64,000 nucleotides of DNA from NCBI GenBank assembly GCA_965208105.1, contig OZ242318.1, forward strand, positions 2,112,001-2,176,000, given 5' to 3'. This document shows positions 1 through 10,256 of the stretch, one piece after another (the first letter of the stretch is position 1; every line of letters starts with the position of its first letter). This DNA is from Candidatus Latescibacterota bacterium (lineage in GTDB: Bacteria > Latescibacterota > UBA2968 > UBA8231). The notes beneath the pieces are model-generated. The model made no database searches. It saw only the letters and a program-made list of their open reading frames with translations, and had not been told where the DNA came from. The position numbers and the translations under genes were made by a program.

Positions 1-78
1 CTGGGCGACGACGCCCAGAAACCCGCCTACCTCTTCAACGAAGCTCGGGTCGGCTATCGGTTGGGAGGGGCTGAATAG
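1..78 (+). CDS. 3' end of an OmpR/KdpE-type response regulator (winged-helix DNA-binding domain), partial at window edge
   Basis: Frame 1 reads LGDDAQKPAYLFNEARVGYRLGGAE*, matching the LGDD..P.Y..TE.GVGYR C-terminal motif of KdpE/OmpR regulators. Confidence 0.7.
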   Translation: MGDDAQKPAYLFNEARVGYRLGGAE

Positions 79-867
79 GAAAAATCTGCGGGCAGGCGAC
101 CCCTCGTCACCCGCTCACCCATCCGGTCGAATGATCGGAAAATCCACCGCTGTCCCGATGGCCGGAAAGGAGGATCGAGGCCGCTTCGATCTGGGCGAAA
201 TGGCCCAAGCTCCGAAGGCTCACCAAGTTCATTGGAGACCCATAAAACGCCTTCGGTGCCGATCATCTTCCCCCAGGTCCCCTTTGGCTGTTTCGAATCC
301 AGGTTAACCAGGCATCCTCTCCAATGACCGTCTTCCTGTCCTGAATCGCACCGCCCTCCTACGACCCCGTACCGGGCTCCCTTCAGCATCCGGGTGGGGC
401 ATCTGGACCGCAGTATACCCCCACTTCAAAGATGTACAGGCCGACCTCGCTCCATCGAGAAGGCCCACCGGCAGCGCAAGGTTTTCTCGTTCGAGCTCCT
501 TGGCCGGCCTCCATTAGCTCCTCTTGGCCGAGGGTCCTGCCCTTAGGGGCTCCACCCTCGGATAGGGATTCGGAGGCCACCTGGAATACCCCATCGTGTG
601 GAAGGGGCAATTCTAAACAGGCGGATTTAAATTTTCCACCAAAACACCATCAAAATAAAGCTAATTCCACCAATATTTCACTTAAAGATATGTATCTTAG
701 ATTGACGATAATTTCTGGCTACGCCCAAGAGATTAGACCTTGAGGAAGAAGCTGGAGACCTGGAAGAGCCCCATTCCCCTTTCGGTCCATATCATGTGCG
801 CCGGGGAGGGCAAAATGGGGGATTTGTGGCCTGGGTCGAACGAGTTGATCCGAAAAACATACGGAGG

Positions 868-1458
868 ATGAAAATCACCATGAAATCAATCCCCATCCTG
901 ATGGTCATGCTTCTTTCCCTCGCCGTGGAAGTCCTCGCCCGAGATTCTGAACTGGTGGGACGATGGGAGACACGCACTGAGGAGGAGGCCGGAATCCTTT
1001 CAAGTATTATGAGCCTGGGGCCGGACGGCGCATACAAGCTCGAGCTGTTTGCCCAAGATGAAACCGGCGGTGCGCTCCCTCACACTATCGAGGTCCTCGA
1101 TGGTCGGGTATTCACCGGCGAATGGAATACCACAGACAGCCTGCTCGTCATCCACATTGAACTGACCCCGGATGTAGCCATGTTTTTTGCTTTGGTGGTA
1201 GCCGGTCTGCAGATGGATCTCACTGGCGAGGAGGTCAGTCCGGAGGAATTGCAGGAATTGGCGGCCCAGGTCGAGGCCGACCTGCGGAGTTTCATCGAGG
1301 AGACGGGTAGCAGTCTGGTGCCCTTCATGGAAATCACCTACGAGCTTTCAGGCGATACGCTCGTTTTCCATGACGAGGACGGCCCTACCATCTGGCATCG
1401 ACTATCGCGGACGGCGGTTCAGAGGGCAAGCTGGGGCCAAATCAAGGCGGATTGGTAG
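868..1458 (+). CDS. Secreted protein, lipocalin-like beta domain, with C-terminal SWGQIK tail
   Basis: ORF 796..1458. Likely start 868 or 880 after GGAGG. Signal-peptide-like N-terminus, LVGRW motif, ends TAVQRASWGQIKADW. Confidence 0.8.
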   Translation: MKITMKSIPILMVMLLSLAVEVLARDSELVGRWETRTEEEAGILSSIMSLGPDGAYKLELFAQDETGGALPHTIEVLDGRVFTGEWNTTDSLLVIHIELTPDVAMFFALVVAGLQMDLTGEEVSPEELQELAAQVEADLRSFIEETGSSLVPFMEITYELSGDTLVFHDEDGPTIWHRLSRTAVQRASWGQIKADW

Positions 1459-2081
1459 GAAAAAGGCATGCAAGGGTCCCATTCGAAGTGCTCCGGTAGG
1501 GCCGATTTGGTGGGCCTCCTAACCGTCGGTCGCGCTGAGGGTCGCGGTCCGGAGCACGGCAATCTCTGATGGTCAATGTGTTCAAGCCTCGCTTCTGTCT
1601 GCGTTGCCAAAGGGATATTACTTACTCGCACGGCAACGCAAAGTATTGCACTCGGTGTAGACCAATAATAAAGCTGGAACAGGTGTGGAAAAATCGATCC
1701 CTCAAGAGGCCAAAGAAACAAGAGTGAACATTTGAAAACCAGGGGTGGTTTTGAGGGGACTCCCAAAGCTGAATCACCTTGGATGTGAGGGTGGAGGTAT
1801 TTTGCTTATTCCGTTTACAATTCTCTGGTTGATCGAGGCCATGGCCATATTGACCAGAAATGGCATGTATACGAGGAAAATCTGCTCGAGAAGGCAAGGT
1901 GCGATCCAAGCAAGCATGCCCTGATGATCGACCTGAAGCCAAATAGCGAAGAAATTGACATGTATCGGATTCGGAATGTATGAGGAGATTCCGATGAATT
2001 CTGGAATCCAATACTGCTTGAATGGTAACAGCCTTCAGGGCCGCTTTCTTTTGGCTCAAGGACAGAAAAGGAGGGGATGAT

Positions 2082-2660
2082 ATGTGCACCATTCTGTTAC
2101 TTTTGTTTTTACCTCTGAGCGCCGCCTGGGCTCAGGCAGGGTTTATCGGCACCTGGACGGGAGTAGTTGACACGGAAGACGTGGGGGTGGATGAGGTGGA
2201 AATCCAGTTCAAGGAAGATGGCGTTCTGGTCTACATCCAGAAGGTCACATTGGACGACGAGGGTTCCGAGCCGGTCGAACTGGCTCTGGAAGGCACCGGC
2301 ACTTGGCGCACCGCCGGCGAGAATATCTGGTTGGAAGTAACCGAGATCGTCCTCGACGACCACACTCTGGCTCTGTTGACCGAGTTCGCCAAAGGCATAG
2401 CTCGAGCTGTGGCCGACATCCTGGGCATCTCAGACGAGGATTATCCGGCTTTCGAGGCGGACGCTGTGGCGGAGTTCATGGCTGAGTTTGAGCAAACGGC
2501 AGAGGGAGTGACCGCCTCCGGGACCTTTGCCGTGGAAGGCCATACCCTGACCCTGGAAATGACCGACGAGGAGGGGAGCCACTACACCTTCGAACTCCAA
2601 CGAAAGTTGACGGCCGTCAGGAAAATCAGTTGGGGCCAGATCAAATTATCGAGGAATTGA
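2082..2660 (+). CDS. Secreted protein, probable paralog of 868..1458, with C-terminal SWGQIK tail
   Basis: AGGAGG RBS before ATG 2082. Signal peptide ending AWA, FIGTW motif, ends TAVRKISWGQIKLSRN. Confidence 0.8.
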   Translation: MCTILLLLFLPLSAAWAQAGFIGTWTGVVDTEDVGVDEVEIQFKEDGVLVYIQKVTLDDEGSEPVELALEGTGTWRTAGENIWLEVTEIVLDDHTLALLTEFAKGIARAVADILGISDEDYPAFEADAVAEFMAEFEQTAEGVTASGTFAVEGHTLTLEMTDEEGSHYTFELQRKLTAVRKISWGQIKLSRN

Positions 2661-2720
2661 ATTATACAAGCTATGAAACCAAGCGGACTGTGGTGGACGT
2701 GCTGGCAAGTGGTTTGACCG

Positions 2721-2778
2721 GAGGAATCATCACGTCTCGCACCGTGAAAGGCACCTGGAAGGTGCCCAAGTAATGCAT
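2721..2778 (+). repeat. 58-bp direct repeat, copy 1
   Basis: 52/58 identical to 6257..6314 by manual alignment. Confidence 0.85.
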
Positions 2779-2885
2779 AAAGCAGCACATCTCAACAGAT
2801 GGGGCTAGTCGAGCGGCGCGTCACGTAATCTCGAATCCTCGTCTCCATTGACGGGAATTGTGGCTTGCCGAAGACCCCTTATGTC

Positions 2886-2958
2886 GCGTCCCGGTAGGGC
2901 GATATCCTTGCAGCGCCACCTATAACGCAAATCCTGGCGGGAGCGACCGGGACGCTTT
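2886..2958 (+). promoter_or_regulatory. Structured leader (possible attenuator) upstream of the coiled-coil gene
   Basis: 10-bp stem GCGTCCCGGT/ACCGGGACGC encloses a CGCCA/TGGCG stem. It is followed by TTT and then the AGGAGG RBS. Confidence 0.4.
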
Positions 2959-2991
2959 AACAACCCTACCTATTTTCAAGGAGGAAATCCA

Positions 2992-3282
2992 ATGGACGTG
3001 ATTCCCTATCTAACCCCCGTCCTCGTCCTGGCCGTCGGTCTTTTTCTGTGGCAAGTGATGGGAAGACGGATGGACGACATCAGTGCCGGTCTGAATACAC
3101 GACTCGACGATATCAGCACTGGGCTGAACAAGCGCCACGACGATACTACCCGGTATTTGCAAGACTTGCGCTCCGATATGCAGGATTTGCGAACCGAGCT
3201 GCATGGCCTGCACTCCAACCATACGCGGCATCTGGAATCCCATATACAACAGCTCGAACGAAGAAAGGAAACAGGGGGTTAA
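2992..3282 (+). CDS. Small membrane-anchored coiled-coil protein
   Basis: AAGGAGG RBS, N-terminal hydrophobic helix, 11-residue repeats DDISAGLNTRL/DDISTGLNKRH. Confidence 0.75.
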   Translation: MDVIPYLTPVLVLAVGLFLWQVMGRRMDDISAGLNTRLDDISTGLNKRHDDTTRYLQDLRSDMQDLRTELHGLHSNHTRHLESHIQQLERRKETGG

Positions 3283-3689
3283 TGAAAGGGTAGGGTATAG
3301 TCGCGGCGGTGCGAGAAGGCCTATCAGGTGTCCTATTTGCGCACTCGCACCGCCAGGCGTCCCAATTCAGATGAAAGGTATTGCTGGTCTCATCGGCTTG
3401 GTGTTGAGCGTCACCTGGAGGGGCACCCGTGAAAACGATCATCGAACTCATTTTGCTGTGGACCTTGCCTGCGGCCGTCATCAGGAATGAAGTGGTATTA
3501 AGTAGGAAGAACTACCATCTCACTCCGGCCCGCCTGACGGGAGGGTGCGGGTAGCAATCCGGACGAGAATGACATCGGTAACGAACAACATGGCGGGTCC
3601 GCCGATACCCAAGCGCGGAAGCGAGCTGGCCATCGGCTGGATGCAACGGGCTCTGGAGGCCACGGGCGGGACCGCCCGCCATCACAGAC

Positions 3690-4385
3690 ATGCTGATGGA
3701 GGACATCGGCACCGGATCGGGTGCCCTGGCCGAAATCCCGCGCTGCACCATGGAGTACCGGCAAGATGGGGGAGAGGCGCCCGGGTCGTGGTCAAGCTGT
3801 GCAGTTCGGACAGGAGAAACGCCCATGTCGCCAGATTGTTCGACATGTACAGGCGGGAGTACGGCTGTTTCCGCCTGCTTGCGCCTCACATTCCAATCCG
3901 TCTGGGTGGGACCGCAAATAGGCGCAACCAACGAAGGAGGGCTTCGGTGGTCACAAAACTCTCTCAATGAACATGAGGACGTGGGAAATCCCGAGATCTA
4001 CACCAAGACCCGAATGAGATACTGCTATCCAAGTGTGAACGAAGACGCCTGGGATGCGTTCAAGGAGAAATTTCTCTTCGAGGACGTAAACGACGAGGAC
4101 AAGTGGTACAACTTCTCCGGCTACGGACTTCAAATCTATGACCATGCTTCAGAAGAGTGTGATTGGCCCAACTGGAGCAAAAACAGCAAGAAGGACCATG
4201 CCAAAATAGCTGTGTGGGGGGAGGATCTCGGGGCCAATCCCGACGACAAGGTGGCCAAGTGGATCAAAGTGGCGACCGAAACTCCTGTAACCGGGCGTCA
4301 TCTTACCAAAACGGATTTTCTTCTGGAGAGGAATACCGGGTGGCCCTATCCGGGCGTCGGGAACGACGGGGACCCTGACAATTGA
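3690..4385 (+). CDS. Hypothetical protein, 5' part possibly degraded
   Basis: The C-terminal ~140 aa look protein-like and the stop overlaps the next start (TTGA). The true start is unclear. Confidence 0.45.
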   Translation: MLMEDIGTGSGALAEIPRCTMEYRQDGGEAPGSWSSCAVRTGETPMSPDCSTCTGGSTAVSACLRLTFQSVWVGPQIGATNEGGLRWSQNSLNEHEDVGNPEIYTKTRMRYCYPSVNEDAWDAFKEKFLFEDVNDEDKWYNFSGYGLQIYDHASEECDWPNWSKNSKKDHAKIAVWGEDLGANPDDKVAKWIKVATETPVTGRHLTKTDFLLERNTGWPYPGVGNDGDPDN

Positions 4386-5317
4386 AAGCCGCGGGGTTGG
4401 TACTCGTGCTGGTCGGGGGGCTGGCCGCCTCCCGACCAGCGGTCGCCGGATGGTATGTCGGCATGGACAATATCCTGTTCAGGCCCTACGACGGCAGGAT
4501 GCTCTGGTCTCATACGGATCTTCCTCTGGAGTGCGATCAGTGGTTCCCAGGCCACCTGGAGCTCAACGACAGCCATTGCCGCCCGAAAAGCGACATCTAC
4601 GTCAATCATCCAGAGAGTTTTCACTCGAACAGCCTGTTCCACGGCCTCCACGCGGGGTATCGATGGAGCCACTTCCGCCTCGAGCTCGAGTACTATTTCC
4701 GCGAACACCATGCCTACGAAAGGATGGCTCCGTTCCACCGGGCCGGGACCCACATAGACGTATTGGGGTACGACGACGAGGACCATCCGTGGAGGCGGGG
4801 TCTTTCGCAGGAGCTCTACTTCTCCGTCGAACGCATCGCCGAGGTCTGGGCGCATTGCAGCTTTTTAAACGTCTACTACAATTTCGAGGGGCTCCCAGGG
4901 CCTTTGCTGCCGTATGTCGGCATGGGCGCCGGATGGGCCTACCAGCACGTATACTACTGGGGACTGCTTCAACGCAGCCACGACGAGGAAGCCATCGAGA
5001 GCCTGGGCGAGCCGGCGGCTGCCGCCGGCACCCTGACAATGACCTACAATGACCTGTATGATCACAACTGGGCCTACCAGTTCGTCTTGGGCATGGACTG
5101 GAACATGCGTCCGAAAGTACAACTGGGCCTGAAGGTCGGCCTTATGGATATTCCAGGAGAATTCTCCGACAGCGCATCGTTTCGGCTGCTCCGGTCCCAC
5201 GAATCCCTCCGGGAGCCAGGGGCCCGGCCCGAGTACGAAGAGCCCATCCAGTACACTCTGCAGTTGAACGAATGGCGGACCTGGCGCTTTGCTCTCAACG
5301 TGAAAGCCCTATTTTGA
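4382..5317 (+). CDS. Outer-membrane beta-barrel protein (opacity/surface-antigen-like)
   Basis: Signal peptide; GWYVG, FRLELEY, NVYYNF, PYVGMGAG and AYQFVLG strands; terminal Phe. Confidence 0.75.
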   Translation: MKAAGLVLVLVGGLAASRPAVAGWYVGMDNILFRPYDGRMLWSHTDLPLECDQWFPGHLELNDSHCRPKSDIYVNHPESFHSNSLFHGLHAGYRWSHFRLELEYYFREHHAYERMAPFHRAGTHIDVLGYDDEDHPWRRGLSQELYFSVERIAEVWAHCSFLNVYYNFEGLPGPLLPYVGMGAGWAYQHVYYWGLLQRSHDEEAIESLGEPAAAAGTLTMTYNDLYDHNWAYQFVLGMDWNMRPKVQLGLKVGLMDIPGEFSDSASFRLLRSHESLREPGARPEYEEPIQYTLQLNEWRTWRFALNVKALF

Positions 5318-5389
5318 AAAGAATGTCCTGTACCAATCTTCATCTCCATTGGCCAATGGAGATAGCGCCATGACGGAACAAACCGTAAC

Positions 5390-5610
5390 GGGCGGAGCAC
5401 AAGCAGCCGGGAGCATTCGCACCCTTCGGCCTCGGCACGCATCGGTGCCTGGGCAGCGGTTTCGCGGAGACTCAAATCGCCTTGACGCTCCTGACCATCG
5501 TACGCGATGTGGAAGTCGCGTTGTCCCCGCCTGGCTACAAACTGAAGACGAAACATACGCCCACCCCCGCACCCGGACCTCGTTCAGGTTCCGCGTCAAG
5601 GACCGCGAAG
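5390..5610 (+). pseudogene. Cytochrome P450 C-terminal remnant
   Basis: Reads EHKQPGAFAPFGLGTHRCLGSGFAETQIALTLLTIV, the FGxGxHxCxG heme-thiolate signature. No intact upstream ORF. Confidence 0.7.
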
Positions 5611-5686
5611 CGGACCCGGACAAATCCTGGCGGAATGGCAGCAGGGCGCACAATGCACACAATGTACACGAAAGGAAGGAGGGGAG

Positions 5687-6160
5687 ATGAAAGTCCATTT
5701 CAGACCGGTTGAAATCAGGCGGATGGCGCTCCTGATGGGGTTTCTCGCCGTGTACGGATGCGGCGAAGACGAATCGGCACTTGAGCCGTCTCCCCCCGAG
5801 GTCAATGTGGTGGTCGCTGACGGGCGCGACTGGGGCGACGACCCCTACGTCGTGAACTCGGCCGCCATCGACGGGCACCTGCTGACCATCGTAGTCTCAT
5901 TCAGTGGCGGCTGCCGGAGGCATGACTTCACTCTGGTGATCTCGGAAACGTTCAGGGAATCTAATCCGGTGCAGCTTCCTGCTGTGCTCGCTCATGATGC
6001 GAACGGGGACACCTGCGAGGCGTATCCGACCGAATCCCGCGTTTTCGACCTCGCCCCGGTCAGGACGCGCTATCAGCAGTTCTACGGACCCGGTCCGGGC
6101 CAAGTCGCTCTGCACATCGCGGGCGTTTCCGGCGACGACCTCCTCTACGAATTCGACTAA
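5687..6160 (+). CDS. Lipoprotein with NigD-C-like domain
   Basis: Lipobox-like LAVYGC; GGCRRHDF and LAHDANGDTCEA motifs; GGAGG RBS. Confidence 0.65.
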   Translation: MKVHFRPVEIRRMALLMGFLAVYGCGEDESALEPSPPEVNVVVADGRDWGDDPYVVNSAAIDGHLLTIVVSFSGGCRRHDFTLVISETFRESNPVQLPAVLAHDANGDTCEAYPTESRVFDLAPVRTRYQQFYGPGPGQVALHIAGVSGDDLLYEFD

Positions 6161-6256
6161 CGGGCCAGACGCGGAGGCGCATGGGGAAAACTCCTGCACG
6201 AGTTCCCCATTCTCATGAGCGCATTATCACCTATATCCTTCCCACTCAACGGTTAA

Positions 6257-6314
6257 GAGGAATCATCACGGCTCGCACCGTGAAAGTCACCAAGAAGGCG
6301 CCCAAGTGATGCAT
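6257..6314 (+). repeat. 58-bp direct repeat, copy 2
   Basis: Matches 2721..2778 at 52/58. Confidence 0.85.
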
Positions 6315-6450
6315 CATAGGAAGGGGCTTCGTGCTGCCATCACTTTCGCAAAAATCTCAGGAGTTGACCGCGGTTGACCCTCACGTTCCGGGGTTCAGAG
6401 GAAAATACGCCAGGTGACTGGTATTGCTCGTGGGGGAGGCCGAGGAAGCC

Positions 6451-9400
6451 ATGAGAAATTTTACACCCATCCTATCCCTTGTGCTCTGGTCATTGAGTTG
6501 GCCTGCGTTCTCCTTGGCCGAAAACCCGCACTTCCACCAGCCGCTCGATCCGGAGAGGCTCGAGCGGCTTCTGCAACACGCTGCGGCCAAGCCTGCTCTC
6601 CAGGATGCAGGAGAACCACGCACCGTGCGAATGATCTACTTCCTGTCCGATCCGCAGGGCTTCCGGCAGGAAGTGGTGGACCGAATGAAGACAACGATCC
6701 GGGAGGTACAGCGCATTTTTGCCGATCAGATACGGGCGCACGGATTTGAGGAAACTACATTCCGTTATGAGAAGGATGCACAGGACGAGCCCATGGTTCA
6801 CCTCATATATGGGACCGGAGGCCATTACGACCCTTGGCGCGCCCTTGGACGTATTCATCAGGAATTCGATCTCAACGCGAACGTCTATTTCATCGTCCTT
6901 GGCAGCGAGGAAGATCTTCCATCTCGAAACACCATAGGAGGACTGGGACAGCAGTATACAAGGACCGGGGGCTGGGCGATGTTGAGGCAGGATCTCTTCC
7001 CCGATTTCGTTGCCTCGGCGGCCCATGAACTGGGGCACGCTTTCGGATTGAAGCACAATTTCAATGACGGGGAGTACATCATGTCCTATGGCCCCGGACA
7101 AAACAGGTTATCCGAGCTCAGCGCAGGCCACCTGGCCGTACACCCCTATTTCAACCCGGCCAGTCCCACGGACCAAGAATGGTACACCGAGTTGCCCACG
7201 GGGCAAGTTGTTTCCTCGCGTACCTACCCGACAGATGCGACAAGCGTCCCCATCCGGCTCGAGTTCAGCGACCCGGACGGTCTTCAGCAGGTATCTCTAT
7301 TGGTTACCACGCCGGAATCCCACTTTTCCGCGGGCTTTTTCGAATTGAAGACAGGCCGCCTGCTGAGGGGCGCGACGGAGGCCGTCGTCGACTTCGAGTA
7401 TGACGGGATCATTCCATCGGACAGGGACTCTACGAGTCTCTCCGCCCTCCTCACGCACAGGATAGAGTTCGAGGTCGTGGACATGCTCGGAAATATCGGC
7501 AGGATAGGCCTGTCGCTGCTGCATGAGTCGACCCACAAGCTCGTCATCCCCCTGGACCGGCGGGAAAGGATCGGAGCCTATGGGGTGACCTATTCTCCCG
7601 ATGGCAAAATTCTTGCCTCAGGGCTGGAGAACCAGACCGTTGCCTTGTGGAACGCCGAGACCGGGGAACATCTGACCACACTAGCGAGGTATGAAGGGAT
7701 GGTCTGGTCCCTGGCCTTTTCCCCTGATGGGACGGTTCTCGCCACGGGGACCTGGGAAGGCACCATCAAGCTATGGGACACGGCGACGTGGACGGAGATC
7801 GTCACCCTACGGCATGGAGGCGAGGCAGGTCGGATCTATTCCCTGGCCTTTTCCCCCGATGGCAGGACCCTCGCCTCCGCGTTGACGGATGAATGGACGA
7901 GTCCGGCCAACACGATCAAGCTGTGGGAGGTGTCCACATGGGCCGAGGTCGCCGAGCTGAAAGGGCATGAGTATGGTGTCAGGACCGTAGCGTTCTCGCC
8001 GGATGGAGGGACCCTGGCCTCAGGTGCTTTCGACGGCACGATCAGGCTGTGGGACGTGGCCACAGGAGCGCAGGTCGGATATATCCCCTATGAGGCCGCG
8101 GTCACTTCCGTGGCCTTCTCGCCGGATGGAAAAACCCTCGTTTCGGGAGCTTTCAACAACATGGTCGCCTTCTGGGACGTTGAGCAGAGGACCTTCAAGG
8201 CTCAGTTCGAGGTAGCCAGACAGAATCTCCTGCGCTATGTCTCCTTCACCTCCGATGGCGGGAAAGTCGTCTCCGCGACACAGGGAGGGGCCATCGAGCT
8301 CTGGGAGGCGGATCTGCAGGCCGGGAGAATAGAGAGAGTCGCGGCCTTTCAGGCGGCCAGCGGCGACCAGCTGTACAACACTTCGGGGGCATTTTCTCCC
8401 GACGGCACGATCCTGGCCACGGCCCTGGGCAATTGGGGACAGGGGGATTACACCATCATCCTGTGGGACCTGTCCCCTTACGTCACCCCCGTTGTTCACG
8501 TGGCCGACTTCAACCTCAAGGCGGCGGTTCGAGAAGTCCTGGGCAAGTCCGATTTCGGCCCCCTCTTCAGGGAAGACATGGAGCGGTTGACCACACTCGA
8601 CCTGAGGAACCGGGAGATTCGCGATCTCCTCGGTCTCGAGTGGGCCACGCGACTGACGCGCCTCGATCTCAGGGGCAATCCTCTGAACACATCTGCCCTC
8701 AGCGCCTATATTCCAGCTCTGGAAGCCAGGGGCGTAGAGGTTTTGTTCCCACCTACCCCGCTGGTGGTGGCCAAGCTCTCGGACGACGGCCAGCAGGCAC
8801 GGTCGGGCCGTCGAGTTCAGGATCCTCTTGTCGTCGAGGTGCTTGATCAGAACGGGCGGCTCCTGCCGGGAGTGGTCGTGGAGTTTTCGGTTACCGAGGG
8901 GGAGGGCTCCCTTTCGGCATCCACTGACACCACCGACGCCATGGGCCGCGCCTCCACGGTCCTGACCATCGGGGAGGGGACAGGTACCCTCACCGTGGCG
9001 GTGAGGGTGAACGGCCTTGACCCGGAAGTCTTCACCGTCACGGCTTTTCCCATGGGAGACTTCAATGGCGACGGAGTAACCAGTTATGACGACTTCTTCC
9101 TCTTTGCCAAGGCGTTCGGCAGCAGCGACCCCCGCTTCGACCTGGACGGAAATGGCAAGGTGGGTATTTCCGACTTCTTTATCTTTGCCGATCATTTTGA
9201 GCAAGGACCCCGGTCGAAGCTTGTTGCCCTTGCGCGGGAGTTGATCGGTCTGCCTGAGTCAGCTACTCTGCACCAGAACACACCCAATCCATTCAACAGC
9301 CAGACCGTGATTTCCTGGTTCCAGCCGGTGCCGGGGACGGCGCGCCTTGAGGTGTTTTCCCTTGCAGGCCAAAGGATAGCGGTGCTAAGTAGGGGAATCC

Positions 9401-9534
9401 GAAAGGCAGGCACTCACCGGTTGCCCTGGGACGGCCGGGATGATCAGGGACGCCCGGTTGCTACCGGCGTCTATTTGTGTCGCCTGGTGACCGTCGATGG
9501 GGTGCAGACGCGCAAGCTGTCCCTGCTACGGTAA
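6451..9534 (+). CDS. Secreted multidomain protein: zincin metalloprotease, WD40 propeller, LRR, Big_1 Ig, dockerin/EF-hand-like, FlgD/T9SS-type C-terminal domain
   Basis: HELGHAFGLKH plus IMSY Met-turn; repeated AFSPDG..LAS...TIKLWD; LTTLDLRN; DFNGDG/DLDGNG; LHQNTPNPFNSQT...WDGRDDQGRPVATGVY. Confidence 0.9.
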   Translation: MRNFTPILSLVLWSLSWPAFSLAENPHFHQPLDPERLERLLQHAAAKPALQDAGEPRTVRMIYFLSDPQGFRQEVVDRMKTTIREVQRIFADQIRAHGFEETTFRYEKDAQDEPMVHLIYGTGGHYDPWRALGRIHQEFDLNANVYFIVLGSEEDLPSRNTIGGLGQQYTRTGGWAMLRQDLFPDFVASAAHELGHAFGLKHNFNDGEYIMSYGPGQNRLSELSAGHLAVHPYFNPASPTDQEWYTELPTGQVVSSRTYPTDATSVPIRLEFSDPDGLQQVSLLVTTPESHFSAGFFELKTGRLLRGATEAVVDFEYDGIIPSDRDSTSLSALLTHRIEFEVVDMLGNIGRIGLSLLHESTHKLVIPLDRRERIGAYGVTYSPDGKILASGLENQTVALWNAETGEHLTTLARYEGMVWSLAFSPDGTVLATGTWEGTIKLWDTATWTEIVTLRHGGEAGRIYSLAFSPDGRTLASALTDEWTSPANTIKLWEVSTWAEVAELKGHEYGVRTVAFSPDGGTLASGAFDGTIRLWDVATGAQVGYIPYEAAVTSVAFSPDGKTLVSGAFNNMVAFWDVEQRTFKAQFEVARQNLLRYVSFTSDGGKVVSATQGGAIELWEADLQAGRIERVAAFQAASGDQLYNTSGAFSPDGTILATALGNWGQGDYTIILWDLSPYVTPVVHVADFNLKAAVREVLGKSDFGPLFREDMERLTTLDLRNREIRDLLGLEWATRLTRLDLRGNPLNTSALSAYIPALEARGVEVLFPPTPLVVAKLSDDGQQARSGRRVQDPLVVEVLDQNGRLLPGVVVEFSVTEGEGSLSASTDTTDAMGRASTVLTIGEGTGTLTVAVRVNGLDPEVFTVTAFPMGDFNGDGVTSYDDFFLFAKAFGSSDPRFDLDGNGKVGISDFFIFADHFEQGPRSKLVALARELIGLPESATLHQNTPNPFNSQTVISWFQPVPGTARLEVFSLAGQRIAVLSRGIRKAGTHRLPWDGRDDQGRPVATGVYLCRLVTVDGVQTRKLSLLR

Positions 9535-9678
9535 AATCGATAACCTTTGGAAGTTTAACGATCCCTGCTTGAAGAGGAAGGGCTTGTGAGTTTCCGAGGA
9601 AGAGCAGCCATACTACCTCAACAAGGGGAAAGAGGACCTGATAGGTTCCTGAACCAGCTCTGGAGCCGGCTTTTCAGT

Positions 9679-10146
9679 ATGTTGCTGATTGTAGGGTTCA
9701 TCGGGATTTTGGTAGGGTCTCTGCCCGGCCAGGAATTACACAAAGACCATGTATTGGGAGACCTGGAGCTCGTGGAAGGCAGTATGCGGCTCGAATATAC
9801 AGGGTACACGAATGGGAATCACCGATTTTTCTGCTCTGCGCGGCTGGTCAACAAAACCAATGCGGTCGTTCAATGGGTCCGCGGAACTTTGATTTTATTC
9901 AGAACAGATGGGAAGAAGATGTGGTCCGAGGTCTGGGTAAACGAACCCGTCGACCAGGAACTTGCTCCAGGAGAGACCCTGCCATTCCATCTGGATTTTT
10001 CTGTCCCCCCGGAGGCGGTCGGGAGAGGGGGCATTCCCACTCCCCTGAAGTACTCTACCGTTTTCTGGTTTTGGCCTGTGCGATGGGTGAACCCCACATC
10101 CGTTGCCTCCACCAGTTGGGGAAGGCTGAAAGGAGCGGTCAAGTGA
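9679..10146 (+). CDS. Secreted protein with FxLYD-like domain and C-terminal SWGRLK tail
   Basis: Hydrophobic N-terminus; N...V....ILF..DGK...LAPGET..F pattern; ends TSVASTSWGRLKGAVK. Confidence 0.7.
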   Translation: MLLIVGFIGILVGSLPGQELHKDHVLGDLELVEGSMRLEYTGYTNGNHRFFCSARLVNKTNAVVQWVRGTLILFRTDGKKMWSEVWVNEPVDQELAPGETLPFHLDFSVPPEAVGRGGIPTPLKYSTVFWFWPVRWVNPTSVASTSWGRLKGAVK

Positions 10147-10256
10147 TGATGAGTTTGAATTGCCGAATGATGATATTGACGGCTTCGGTCCTTATAGTGT
10201 GGAAACTGTCCCGGAGCGAACCTTATGTACTCTTGGTTTTCTTGTTCTTCATGTGG

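Noticed and set aside
1890-1960. CTGATGA...GAAA hammerhead-like match
   Set aside because: No UH cleavage triplet joined to a proper stem I/III; probably chance in decayed coding DNA.
6222-6243. Possible IS1595-type end (ATTATCACCTATATCCTTCCC)
   Set aside because: The resemblance is from memory only; no partner end or transposase nearby.
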